This document shows positions 7,651 through 17,332 of a stretch of DNA of 34,929 bases, one piece after another. A model generated the notes under the pieces. It saw nothing but the letters and a program-made list of their open reading frames with translations, was not told the origin of the DNA and searched no databases. Within the stretch, counting starts at the first letter, position 1. The number at the start of each line of letters is the position of its first letter. The position numbers and the translations under genes are program-made. The stretch lies in sequence record DRR723986_6244; one strand, written 5' to 3'.

Positions 7651-9303
7651 TCAAAAGGCTTCGAAGTGGATCCTCTCCTGCGAAACACCGAGCTGTTCCA
7701 GCCCGGACTTCAGATCAGCCAGGAAGGCAGACGGACCGCACAGGAAGTATTGCGTCTGCAGTGTGGGTGACAAGTCCAGCAGATCTTGTGCCGTTATCCG
7801 GCCGACCGCATCATAATCCCGACCTGAAACGTCCGAAGGCTGGGGGCGGCTATAACGGATCTCGTGCTGAATGTTCGGCCTCCCCGCCGTCAGGCTTTCG
7901 ACTTCCTGCCGGAAGGGATGATGATCGCCATCCCTGACACTCTGGACAAACCACACGGGACGGCTCCCGTCCTCACCTGCCAGATGATGCAGCATGCTCA
8001 GGAGCGGCGTGATACCGATACCCGCACTTGCCAGCACCACCGAGTCTTTCGTCTCCGGCAGCGCAAAATCACCAGCCGGCCTTCCAGCGTCTATGTATCC
8101 GCCAACCTGAAGCACATCATGCAGGAGACGCGAGACAAGTCCGCTCGGCTCACGCTTCACGGATATTCGATAGCAGCCTTCGGAAGGATCACCGGAAAGC
8201 GAATAGCTTCGCTGGATCTTGCCATGGCCGGCAGGAAGGCTGAGTTCGATCGGCAAATGCTGACCGGCCTTGAACGAAGGCAAAGCCCCCTCGTCGCGAG
8301 CCTTGAACACAAATGACGTCACGTCGGAACTTTCCCGGATTTTCTCGGCGAGCCGCAACGACCGGATTGCCGACGCTTCTTTCTGCCAGCGCAAATGCAA
8401 GACCGACGTCAGTTCAACGATCTCATCGACCTCGAAGGACACGAGTTGACGTGCACCAGGCACTTTCGACACTTCTTCCGCATCCCAAACGATTGTTGCT
8501 CGGCCGGTCATCTGCAACAGGCTGCCGCTTGCAAAATCCAGGAACAACAGCCCTGTTCGCGCATCCGCCAGAATGTTGCCGAGCGTGTTGTAGAACCTGT
8601 TGCCCGCATAGTCGGGGAAGATCAACCGGCGATCATCCAGAACTTGCACGAAGCCGCGTTCACCACCCCGGTGAGACACGTCCATGCCGAAGGCCTCGTC
8701 ATCGCCCTCTCCCCGGTAGCCGGTTGCGATGAAGAACGTATCGGCGGACCTGATCCACGCCGTTTGCGTCGCGCTCAGACGTGATCCACGAACAGCTTCT
8801 CCCGAGACAGCTTCCGTGCTCCAGCGCACATCCCGTGCCCGGATATATTGCGGGCAATTTCCGAACGACTGCCCGACAGCAAACCGGAACCCGTCGGACC
8901 CTGCGGAGGCGACTGTCCCGTTGACGCGGTTGCGCCGCCGCGTCGCGAGTTCGATCCCGATGAACCCGACATCCGCGCCTTCGACAAATGCCTCTTCCAG
9001 GGCGTCTCCTGCGACAGGACGCGCTGAAATCGTCAACGACGCGGGATCGGGTGAGCGTACAAATCCGGGCCAGCCCTCCAGCACGGTCGCCCAGGGGCGA
9101 CCGGCAGCATCGCGCGCCGAGGCGATCATGAATGGCTGATCCTCGAAGAAGGCCCGATGCTGATCAGGCATGAAGCCGCGGATGGCACCACGCGCCCAGC
9201 GCTCCACGTCCCTGTCGCCAAGTCGTTCTTGCACCTGGCGTTCGCCGTCATGAAACGGAGAAGGGATGACCGTCCGGTTTGCAGTCTCATCGATCTCAGC
9301 CAT
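7651..9303 (-). CDS. Pyridoxamine 5'-phosphate oxidase-like / FAD-NAD(P)H reductase fusion
   Basis: N-terminal PFHDGE, RRRNRVNG, FGNCPQYI, DVSHRGG, PDYAGN; C-terminal FNR-like RSYSLS, GIGITP, FLCGP, HFEAF; ATG at 9303 after AAAGGA. Confidence 0.88.
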   Translation of the reverse strand: MAEIDETANRTVIPSPFHDGERQVQERLGDRDVERWARGAIRGFMPDQHRAFFEDQPFMIASARDAAGRPWATVLEGWPGFVRSPDPASLTISARPVAGDALEEAFVEGADVGFIGIELATRRRNRVNGTVASAGSDGFRFAVGQSFGNCPQYIRARDVRWSTEAVSGEAVRGSRLSATQTAWIRSADTFFIATGYRGEGDDEAFGMDVSHRGGERGFVQVLDDRRLIFPDYAGNRFYNTLGNILADARTGLLFLDFASGSLLQMTGRATIVWDAEEVSKVPGARQLVSFEVDEIVELTSVLHLRWQKEASAIRSLRLAEKIRESSDVTSFVFKARDEGALPSFKAGQHLPIELSLPAGHGKIQRSYSLSGDPSEGCYRISVKREPSGLVSRLLHDVLQVGGYIDAGRPAGDFALPETKDSVVLASAGIGITPLLSMLHHLAGEDGSRPVWFVQSVRDGDHHPFRQEVESLTAGRPNIQHEIRYSRPQPSDVSGRDYDAVGRITAQDLLDLSPTLQTQYFLCGPSAFLADLKSGLEQLGVSQERIHFEAF

Positions 9304-9379
9304 CGTCAAATCCTTTCGGTACCTTCGAGAACGCCAGACGCAGGCCCTTGCTCGCAAGGACCTGCAGTTCGGGGAAACG

Positions 9380-10000
9380 TTACGCGGCAAGGCCTGCCTT
9401 GGTCGCCGGCATGGCCACAAATCCCGGCAAATCCTCAATGCGCTTCAAAAGACCGCGGATGCGCGGATAGGGCTCCAGCGAAACGTTGCCTTCCGGCGCA
9501 TGCGCCGTGTAGCTGTAGATGGCGATGTCGGCGATCGTCGGCCGATCGCCAACGAGCCACTCGCGGCCATCGAGATGGGCTTCCAGATTATCGAAAGCCA
9601 CCTTGGCGACAGACTTCGCGCGTTCCGGATCAAGCGGCCGTCCGAAGACCGTGATCAACCGCGCCGCACCCGGGCCGCTTGCAAGTTCACCGGCGGCAAA
9701 GGCCAGGAAGCGATGGACTTCCGCTTCCAGATACGGATCTGTCGGCAGCCAGTCCGGCGCATATTTGCGGGCCAGGTAGACGAGGATCGCATTGGAATCC
9801 GAGAGTACGGTCGAACCATCTTCGATGACCGGAACCAGGCCCACCGGATTGAGTTTCAGGAACGGATCGCGTTTGTGCTCGCCATTGGCCAGGTCGACCT
9901 CGACCAGCTCGTAATTGATGCCGGTGAGGCTGGAAAAGAGTTCCACCCGGTGGCAGTGACCGGAGAGCGGAAAACGGTGGATCTTGATTGCGTTGGACAT
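9380..10000 (-). CDS. Glutathione S-transferase
   Basis: SGHCHRV, LNPVGLVPV, DSNAILVYLA, TIADIA; ATG at 10000 after GAGGAAG. Confidence 0.93.
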   Translation of the reverse strand: MSNAIKIHRFPLSGHCHRVELFSSLTGINYELVEVDLANGEHKRDPFLKLNPVGLVPVIEDGSTVLSDSNAILVYLARKYAPDWLPTDPYLEAEVHRFLAFAAGELASGPGAARLITVFGRPLDPERAKSVAKVAFDNLEAHLDGREWLVGDRPTIADIAIYSYTAHAPEGNVSLEPYPRIRGLLKRIEDLPGFVAMPATKAGLAA

Positions 10001-10083
10001 CGCCAGCTTCCTCTTGCCTTGAAGGATCTTCCTGCGGCCGAAGCGTCTTGGTCCGGTCCGCTGCCTGCAATATGCCTCCTGAC

Positions 10084-10138
10084 TTGAATGGAAATAATCT
10101 TCGAATTCATTCAATGATTATGTACAAATAGGGGATAA
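10084..10138. promoter_or_regulatory. AT-rich divergent promoter with likely LysR operator
   Basis: TTAT-N13-ATAA at 10118-10138 and TTGAATG/CATTCAA inverted repeat at 10084-10114, between GST and LysR. Confidence 0.35.
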
Positions 10139-10176
10139 AGAGCTGACGAAAGCAGGACCCGCAGAGGACAATTGTG

Positions 10177-11073
10177 ATGGACAAGATCGAAACCATGCGA
10201 GCCTTCATCGCCGTCGCGCAGGAAGGATCCTTTACAAGCGCGGGGCGACGGCTGGGCCTGTCGACCAAACTTGTCAGCAAATATGTCCAGCATCTGGAAG
10301 GCCAGTTGAAGACCCAGCTTTTCAACCGGACCACGCGCAGTGTGTCCCTGACCGACGTCGGCGCTGCCTATCTGGAACATTGCCGACCGATCCTGGAGCA
10401 GATCGATGATCTGGATTCGCTTGTGCGTGAACGTCAGGGCGCCCTGGCCGGCCAGATCAGGCTGACGGCACCGACAGGCTTCGGCAGCACGAGGCTAAGC
10501 GAGGCGCTTGTCCCTTTCCTGCGCAAGCATCCGGATGTCGAGGTGGATATGCGCCTGACCGATCACCGGCTTGCCCTGGTGGAGGAAGGCCTCGACCTGG
10601 CGATCCGCATCGGAGCCTTGCGGGATTCCACCCTGATCGCTCGCAAGCTGGCCGGCATGCCGCTGGTTCTTTGTGCCTCACCGGATTATCTGAAGCGGCA
10701 CGGCAGACCGCAGGACCCAAGAGCCCTTTCAACCCATGTCTGCCTTGTCGACAGCAATCAGACCGAACTCAACACCTGGCGGTTTCATTCCGGGGATGAA
10801 GAGCAGGTCATCCGGCTGCATGGTGCCGTCCGCTCCAACTCGCCCGGAGCCCTGGCCCGTATGGCAATGGGAGGTCTCGGCCTCACCATCGCGCCGCTCT
10901 ATGCCATCGAGGACGCCCTGGCAAACGGACGACTTGAGCACGTGCTGCCGGAATACAAGACCGACACGTTCGGCCTCTATGCACTCTACCCGCCCAACCG
11001 GCACCTGACCCGCCGTGTGCGTGCACTGCTCGATCATCTGGCCGCAGTGTTCAGCTCCCGCTGGCCGGACTAA
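10177..11073 (+). CDS. LysR family transcriptional regulator
   Basis: GSFTSAGRRLG, LFNRTTRSVSLT, EEGLDLAIRIG; GAGGA SD; divergent from the GST operon. Confidence 0.95.
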   Translation: MDKIETMRAFIAVAQEGSFTSAGRRLGLSTKLVSKYVQHLEGQLKTQLFNRTTRSVSLTDVGAAYLEHCRPILEQIDDLDSLVRERQGALAGQIRLTAPTGFGSTRLSEALVPFLRKHPDVEVDMRLTDHRLALVEEGLDLAIRIGALRDSTLIARKLAGMPLVLCASPDYLKRHGRPQDPRALSTHVCLVDSNQTELNTWRFHSGDEEQVIRLHGAVRSNSPGALARMAMGGLGLTIAPLYAIEDALANGRLEHVLPEYKTDTFGLYALYPPNRHLTRRVRALLDHLAAVFSSRWPD

Positions 11074-12682
11074 TGGCAGGTGGCCTCACCGGAAAGAAGA
11101 GTTCGAAAGTAGCACCGTCGGCACCCGACAGCAGTCGGATCGCTGCACCATGGGCCTTCAGGAGCGCCTGGACGATGCCAAGCCCCATGCCGGTGCCCCC
11201 GCTTTGCCGCCGGGTGGTGAAGAAGAGTTCGAAGACCTGGTCCTGATTGCCTTCGGAAATGCCCTCGCCATCGTCTTGCACCTGAACTGTCAGGCCTTTC
11301 TCGTCGGGCACAGCAACAATCGACACCCTGGACGCCGCGTGGCGGCGGGAGTTGTCGATCAGGTTTTCAAAAACGATCCGGGCGTTTTCCGCCGACATCG
11401 GCAGATCCGCATCGCCGGACAGGTCGATTTCCAGCCCTTCGAAGCGTCTCCTGAGCGCGGTGGCAACTTCGCTCAGCCGACAACTCCCGCCGATCTCGAC
11501 GCTGTCGGCCCGGGCGAGATCTCGAAGTCGGTTCAAGAGCTTCGAGGCACGTTCGGTATCGTGCAGGATATTGCCCAGGAACTTCTCCCTGTCCGCTTCG
11601 CTCAGCTCTGCCCCTTCGTCCTTCAACAGCTCCGCCGCACCCTGGATAGAGGTCAGCGGCGTCTTCAGCTCGTGTGTCACGTGGTTGGCGAAGGTGGAGA
11701 TATAGTCATTCCGATCGAACAGCTTGCGCGACATGTCCAGCATGCTTTCTGAAAGCGCATGGATCTCGCGGTTGCCGTGAATGGCAAGCGGCACCAATGC
11801 CTCCCGCTCGCCATTACCGATCGCCAGAGAACGCCGTGTCAGTGCCTTGATTGGTCCGGTGATGGCGCGCGCGAAAATGAAACCGACGACAAAAGTCGCA
11901 GCCAGCACAAAGACCACGACCCAGAAGACGGCCTCGCGCTTAACGAACATTTCCTTGAGAATATTGCTGGGTGTGCGCGAGGCATAGACAACGCCCGCGA
12001 CCCGGTCGCTCACGATAATCGGCATCGCGACAAAAACGCGAACGCTGGTTCCCCGGCTGATGGAATAGATCGGCTGCGGATTGTCGACGATGCGCTCGCG
12101 CAGCGCACTGGCATAATGACCTGAAAGCGCTCTTTTGATCTCCTCCACATGGGCAAGCGACAGGCCGATATCCTCACGTCCGGCGATGATCACACCATTG
12201 AAATCCAGCACCCGGAATCCGGCCAGGGTCTTCTTCTGAGTTTCCTGCAGGATGCGGTCCACGGCTTGCCCGGCACTCAGGTATTCGAGAAGTGGTGGTT
12301 CGGCAGCCGGCCGTGGCGCCCCTCTTCCGGGCAAAACATTCGTGCGTGTCAGATCGAGTTCCGGAAGTTGGGGCGTCCAGCTTCCGCCCGGGTTCCGCAG
12401 ATAGATGCTGCGACTGCCGGGCACCTCCGTAGCCTTCGCAACTTCCGGCCCCAAAGGCAGGTCGGCGCCACCAATCTCCTCAAGGCGCTGCGCCATTGCC
12501 GCGGCAATTGCCGCCGACTGCCCGATCAGCTCCGCTTCTGTCGTCTCGATGAGCTGGTTTTCATAGACGCGAAAGAAGGCGACACCTGCGAGAGGCACCA
12601 GCAGCATGATGCCAAGAACACCCGCCACCACGAGCGACAGTGGCGGACGCCATTTGTCTCGGAAGGTGCGCGACAGGATCAT
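11051..12682 (-). CDS. Membrane sensor histidine kinase (CreC-like)
   Basis: Two TM segments, HAMP, H-box HVTHELKTPL, N-box NLIDNS, DDGEG, FFTT, GTGMGL; ATGA overlap with the response regulator. Confidence 0.92.
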   Translation of the reverse strand: MILSRTFRDKWRPPLSLVVAGVLGIMLLVPLAGVAFFRVYENQLIETTEAELIGQSAAIAAAMAQRLEEIGGADLPLGPEVAKATEVPGSRSIYLRNPGGSWTPQLPELDLTRTNVLPGRGAPRPAAEPPLLEYLSAGQAVDRILQETQKKTLAGFRVLDFNGVIIAGREDIGLSLAHVEEIKRALSGHYASALRERIVDNPQPIYSISRGTSVRVFVAMPIIVSDRVAGVVYASRTPSNILKEMFVKREAVFWVVVFVLAATFVVGFIFARAITGPIKALTRRSLAIGNGEREALVPLAIHGNREIHALSESMLDMSRKLFDRNDYISTFANHVTHELKTPLTSIQGAAELLKDEGAELSEADREKFLGNILHDTERASKLLNRLRDLARADSVEIGGSCRLSEVATALRRRFEGLEIDLSGDADLPMSAENARIVFENLIDNSRRHAASRVSIVAVPDEKGLTVQVQDDGEGISEGNQDQVFELFFTTRRQSGGTGMGLGIVQALLKAHGAAIRLLSGADGATFELFFPVRPPAISPASGS

Positions 12683-13401
12683 CCGCCGTTTCCATTCTCG
12701 ACCCGGCAGGGCCCAAGCCGGAATCCGACGCCGTGCACGGTCTCGATGGCATCGCCGCATCCAGCGGTTCCAAGCTTGGCGCGGATGTTGCGGATGTGGC
12801 TGTCGATGGTGCGATCGGAGACGTGGATATTGTCCCGGTAGGCATTCTGGAGGATCTGCTCGCGGGTAAAGACGATCTTCGGCCGGGCCAGCAGGGTAGC
12901 CAGGATATCGAACTCGATGGCCGTCAGCGTGACAGGCGTTCCATCGACTGTCACATGGCGCTGCGACCGGTCAAGTTCGACCGCACCGAAACGCAGCGCA
13001 GGCAAGTCTTCAACTATTTCGGCAGCCGCAGGGGCGCCATAGCGCTTCAGGATCGCGCCGACGCGGGCGATCAGTTCGCGCGGGCTGAAAGGTTTGGTCA
13101 CATAGTCATCGGCGCCCAGTTCCAGACCGACGATCCTGTCGATCTCGTCATCGCGTGCCGACAGAAACAGGATCGGCACTTCCGACGTGCGGCGCAGATG
13201 CCGGCAGACATCCAGCCCGTCCATTTCCGGCAGGCCGATGTCCAGAACGATCAGGGACGGATTGCATAAAAGCGCCTTGTCGAGCGCTTCCTTCCCGTCA
13301 GCGGCAACTTCGAACACATAGGACGCTTTTTGAAGCGCGAAACAGATGACGTCCCGGATATGCGGGTCGTCATCGACAACAAGAATGGTTTGACCTGGCA
13401 A
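12679..13401 (-). CDS. OmpR-family response regulator (CreB-like)
   Basis: ILVVDDD, LDIGLP, GADDYVTKPFSPREL, winged helix DRTIDSHIRNIRAKL..TVHGVGFRL; TTG start. Confidence 0.93.
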   Translation of the reverse strand: MPGQTILVVDDDPHIRDVICFALQKASYVFEVAADGKEALDKALLCNPSLIVLDIGLPEMDGLDVCRHLRRTSEVPILFLSARDDEIDRIVGLELGADDYVTKPFSPRELIARVGAILKRYGAPAAAEIVEDLPALRFGAVELDRSQRHVTVDGTPVTLTAIEFDILATLLARPKIVFTREQILQNAYRDNIHVSDRTIDSHIRNIRAKLGTAGCGDAIETVHGVGFRLGPCRVENGNGG

Positions 13402-13467
13402 ATGTCTCTTCCCGAAAAATGGCCCCCGCAGTTGCCTGCGAGAGCGTTACCAATAGCGAAGCACGGA

Positions 13468-15798
13468 TCAGGTTTCCAGCCACCAACCATCCCGGCGCAA
13501 CGTACGGGGCAAGGCAAGATCCAGCTCGCCAGACGCAGCTTCCTCGTCGCGTGACCGGAACCCCCGAACCCTTTCCCGCAACTTGCGGAAGCTATTTGCC
13601 AGTTTAAGCCGGAACCGGGCAGCCACAGCCAGGAGGACCAGCATCACTCCCAATATGCCTTCCGGTTCCGGCGCGGAACTGCCGGAAAGGTTCAAGGACG
13701 GATAGGCATTGGTCGAAACGCCTGCAACCTGCGGCAAGGGCGCGTTTCGGTGAGAGGCGGTTGCCGGTGCGCCGTTCACCACCTTTTCTGAGACGGCGAC
13801 AAAGGACGTGAACCGGGTCTGAAGCGAATAGGTCAGGCCCAGATCGACGATTTCGTGCTTCAGTTGCGTGTCAGCGCTGCCACCGATCGTATAGGCACGC
13901 TCCTTGTCGAATATCTGCTCGCGCGCCCAGATCAGCGGCAGGGCCCGGCTGGAAACCGCACTGCCATCGACAGAAGACTTCAGGTCGACTTCAAGCGGCA
14001 GTCTGGCGGCATGTCCGTTGACCAGACCGTTGATGAAAATCGTGTGCTTGCCGCCGGCAGCGTATCGCCCCATCACGCGCACCGAGCTGCCTTCGAACAG
14101 ATCGGGTATCCTGGCCGGGCTCTGTCCCTCGACCTTGAGACCGTTCCAGTCGATGGTGATGTCTGTCAGGAGCGGTGTCTTCAGGTTTGCGGCAAGGCTT
14201 TTGGCAGCTTCGCCCGCGTCTTCTCCCAAAGCCACATAGCGGGCATAGCCCCTGCCCTCCGTGGCCATCGCATCCAGCAGAAACCGGTTGACCGAGTTGC
14301 CGACCCCGAAGGCATAGATACGCGCCTTGCCAATACGGCTCGCGACACTCGAGATCACGGTCGCCTCGTCGCCGATATAACCGTCGGTCAGAAAGACAAC
14401 GATGCGTGTGGTGTTTTCCGGTTGTGCCTGATCAAAGGCGGTGTTTACGGCCTGGTTGATTTCCGTCCCGCCACCGGTCGAAAGGCCAGCCACGAACTTC
14501 ACGGCCTGCCGCTTGTTTCGCTCCGTTGCCAGAACGGCATTTCCGGCAAATTGGGAAGTGTTATTGGAAAAGCGGAGGATACGGAAATAGTCATCAGGGC
14601 GCAGAGACTTGATCGCTGCCGTCATGAAGGTCTTGCTCGCTTCGATCGGCTGCCCGCTCATGGACCCGGATGTATCCAGCACGAAGACAAGCTCGCGCTG
14701 GCCAATCATGTCTTCAGCCGGCAGTTTCGGCGGCTCGATCAGCAGCGAAAAATAGCCCCCGCCATCGGCTTCGTACCGGGACGAGACACCGGCAGCAACA
14801 TCGCTCTGTGCGGCAAGCTCGTAACGCAAAACGAAATCCCGATTGTCGATGGCCCTGCCGGCCTTGAAGCGAACTGTCCGCATTTCGCCCTGGCTTGAAA
14901 CCTCCAGTGCATGGGTATCGCTCGACAGCCGCGAGACAGGCATCGGTGCCTTGAGAGCAAGTTCCAGCGACACCCGCCTCGGATCGATTTCCTTCGGAGC
15001 ATTCTGCCCGATGACCTCCGGATAGGCCGGAAGCTTGTCGATCTGCCAACCGGAGACTGTTTCACTATGCTTGAAGGCAGCAGGTTTCGCTAAGACGGGT
15101 TCATCGCTCGCATATTCGGTATCGCCGTATCCTGGACTGTCGTCCTCCGGCACACTCTTGTCCGCGATGTATTGCGAGTGTTTCAGGGCGGCTTGCCCGC
15201 CCGGCCCCTCGTAACGCGGCCCCACCACCATCGGCATTACAAGCTCATAGGCGCCGTCGATCTTGGGGACGGTCTGGGCGTATTCCAGTGTCACCTTCAC
15301 CGGGCGACCGGGCATCAGATGCGCAATATCCTGGGTGAACATGTTGGGCCGGAGCTGCGTCAGAAGGGCGGCGGCCTTGCCTTCCCGCTTCGCCTTCTCG
15401 AAGGTTGCCTTGGCATCTTCCTTCTTCTTCATCCGCGCCACGATGGTCTCGCCGTCGAGATCCATCCGCATGGCGTGAATGGCCGCCTTCTGGTTCAGCG
15501 GAAACAGGTAGGTCGCATTGAGCGGCAGCTTGGTCGGGTTCAGGAAGGTCTGCGTCAGTTCCACATGGGCAACATCGCCGTCAACCTCGACCCTGTAATC
15601 GGCCTTCAGAAGCGGCAGATGGATCTCCTTGCCATCGGCTGTGGCAACCACCGTGCCGGACAAATCGTCGAGGTCTGGCTCTGCTGAAGCCGGCAGCGCT
15701 GAAAGCGTGCCAAAGACGATGGCCAGTGAGGCTGCCAAAGTGGCTTTCAGAGTTGGTTTTAGAGAACTGGCAGACGCCAATGGGGACAGGAACGTCAT
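13468..15798 (-). CDS. Secreted VIT + vWA domain protein with PEP-CTERM-type sorting signal (exosortase target)
   Basis: Signal-peptide-like N-terminus; VIT (QTFLNP..ATYLFPL); MIDAS DTSGSM and LTDG; C-terminal SAPEPEG + TM helix + basic cluster; ATGA-coupled to the exosortase. Confidence 0.9.
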   Translation of the reverse strand: MTFLSPLASASSLKPTLKATLAASLAIVFGTLSALPASAEPDLDDLSGTVVATADGKEIHLPLLKADYRVEVDGDVAHVELTQTFLNPTKLPLNATYLFPLNQKAAIHAMRMDLDGETIVARMKKKEDAKATFEKAKREGKAAALLTQLRPNMFTQDIAHLMPGRPVKVTLEYAQTVPKIDGAYELVMPMVVGPRYEGPGGQAALKHSQYIADKSVPEDDSPGYGDTEYASDEPVLAKPAAFKHSETVSGWQIDKLPAYPEVIGQNAPKEIDPRRVSLELALKAPMPVSRLSSDTHALEVSSQGEMRTVRFKAGRAIDNRDFVLRYELAAQSDVAAGVSSRYEADGGGYFSLLIEPPKLPAEDMIGQRELVFVLDTSGSMSGQPIEASKTFMTAAIKSLRPDDYFRILRFSNNTSQFAGNAVLATERNKRQAVKFVAGLSTGGGTEINQAVNTAFDQAQPENTTRIVVFLTDGYIGDEATVISSVASRIGKARIYAFGVGNSVNRFLLDAMATEGRGYARYVALGEDAGEAAKSLAANLKTPLLTDITIDWNGLKVEGQSPARIPDLFEGSSVRVMGRYAAGGKHTIFINGLVNGHAARLPLEVDLKSSVDGSAVSSRALPLIWAREQIFDKERAYTIGGSADTQLKHEIVDLGLTYSLQTRFTSFVAVSEKVVNGAPATASHRNAPLPQVAGVSTNAYPSLNLSGSSAPEPEGILGVMLVLLAVAARFRLKLANSFRKLRERVRGFRSRDEEAASGELDLALPRTLRRDGWWLET

Positions 15799-17291
15799 AT
15801 GCGTTTCTCCTTTTGGGCAGGGAAAATACCGGAAGTGCGGGTGTTGAGATCGAGCGCAACCCCTGCGGCGGCCTCAAAGGCGGCGCGTTGCGGCTCGTCT
15901 AGTGTCCACGGGGTAATTCGCTGAATGCTGGTCCAGGTGGTGCCGGGCCGTTTCAGCCACAGCCAGATCGCCTCGGCGATGTTGTGGGTCGTCTCGCCGG
16001 TGCTGGAGGTAAAGGTGACGGCAACGCGCCAGTCTCCTCCGGTTTTCGACCGGGCCCGGTAGAGCGCTGTCGGAACCGGTTCGAAACGGCTGCCGAGAAA
16101 GGTCACGTCGAAGCCGAGTCCGCGCAGGCAATCGTCCGGGGTGTGCAAATGGCGCAGCGGCGAAGAGGTGTGCACCAGCGTCAATGCCATCGGCCCGTAG
16201 CGCCGCTTCTGGGCGTGACCACCATATTGCAGGAAGTATTGCTCCTCGATCGGCAACAGCGCCTCGTCGACACCGACCTCACCCGCCAGTGTCAAAGGCA
16301 ATGGCTGCGGCCTGGTCGAAGAAGAAACATCAAGCGCGTGCCGCGGCAGGCTGATGATGAACAAGGCAAGGCTCAGGAACACCAGTGCAGACATCTTCTG
16401 CAAGGGCCGCGACATCACCGGCAAGCTGAAGACAGCCTGGGCAGCTCGCCACTCAGCGGGACGTGGCTTGTAAAACGCCAGCACCGGTGCCATCGACAGA
16501 AGAAGCGTCAGATAACCGATAATGTCGTGGAGCGGCTGCGCCATGACATCGGCCTCAAGGACACTTTCCGGATAGGCAATACCGACGGCAAGCAAAGCGA
16601 TGCGCAGAGAATTGCCGATCAGAGCCAGGCCAAGCGCGATGCCAATCCAGAGCACGGCAGTCAGCAGGTTCGGCCGGTAAAGCGCAGTCAGGATGACCAG
16701 GAAGGCCATGGCGAGCATCAGCCCGGATGTGCCCGAGCAAGGCAGGTCCACCAGAACGTCCTTGCCGGCAAGACCGATCCGGATGCCTGAGCACGAGAGG
16801 TCCGAAAAGAAGAGGCCGAGACCGCCGCAGGAAAGCTTGGCCGACAGTTCCTGCAGCGGATAGCCGAGCAGCCGTTGCAGAATGCGCTCGACCGGCAGAG
16901 TGAACAGAAACAGGACGGACAGCCAGAAGGGGGAAACGGCACGCTGCCTCTCCCCTGTCCGCAAAAGGGTCGCCAGCGCGAAGACATCAATTGCCAGCGC
17001 CACCCCGCCGATCACGTTGATCGCCAGAACCTGGCTTGTCAGCCGGATCAGCGCCGCCCCCAACAGGAGCAGCACTGCCATTTGCCGGTGCCCGATCGAG
17101 TTCTGCCGAACCGGGCTCGTCATCGACCAGAGCACCAGGGCTGCCACCGCGATCAGATAGAGCGCGCCGGTCGATGGGTAGGACGGGTCAGTCCATGTGC
17201 CGACCAGCCAGCGTAGCGGCTCATAGGCAAGGATCAGCGAGGCCAGGAGGAAGGCCAGTGAGGTCGGGGAAGAGGTTGCCAGGCGGGTCAT
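15795..17291 (-). CDS. xrtT: Exosortase (likely exosortase T type) with C-terminal EpsI-like region
   Basis: Multi-TM; catalytic Cys/Arg/His motifs VDLPCSG, GNSLRI, PLHDIIG; C-terminal HLHTPDDCLRGLG; subtype inferred from context. Confidence 0.8.
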   Translation of the reverse strand: MTRLATSSPTSLAFLLASLILAYEPLRWLVGTWTDPSYPSTGALYLIAVAALVLWSMTSPVRQNSIGHRQMAVLLLLGAALIRLTSQVLAINVIGGVALAIDVFALATLLRTGERQRAVSPFWLSVLFLFTLPVERILQRLLGYPLQELSAKLSCGGLGLFFSDLSCSGIRIGLAGKDVLVDLPCSGTSGLMLAMAFLVILTALYRPNLLTAVLWIGIALGLALIGNSLRIALLAVGIAYPESVLEADVMAQPLHDIIGYLTLLLSMAPVLAFYKPRPAEWRAAQAVFSLPVMSRPLQKMSALVFLSLALFIISLPRHALDVSSSTRPQPLPLTLAGEVGVDEALLPIEEQYFLQYGGHAQKRRYGPMALTLVHTSSPLRHLHTPDDCLRGLGFDVTFLGSRFEPVPTALYRARSKTGGDWRVAVTFTSSTGETTHNIAEAIWLWLKRPGTTWTSIQRITPWTLDEPQRAAFEAAAGVALDLNTRTSGIFPAQKEKRI

Positions 17292-17332
17292 GGCACCTGT
17301 TGTGCCAAGCCCGCTTGCAGGCCTTTGTCAGC

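Noticed and set aside
17291-17307. sigma54-like TGGCAC-N5-GTGC
   Set aside because: On the minus strand it abuts the exosortase ATG, so the TSS would fall inside the ORF; better explained as a hairpin
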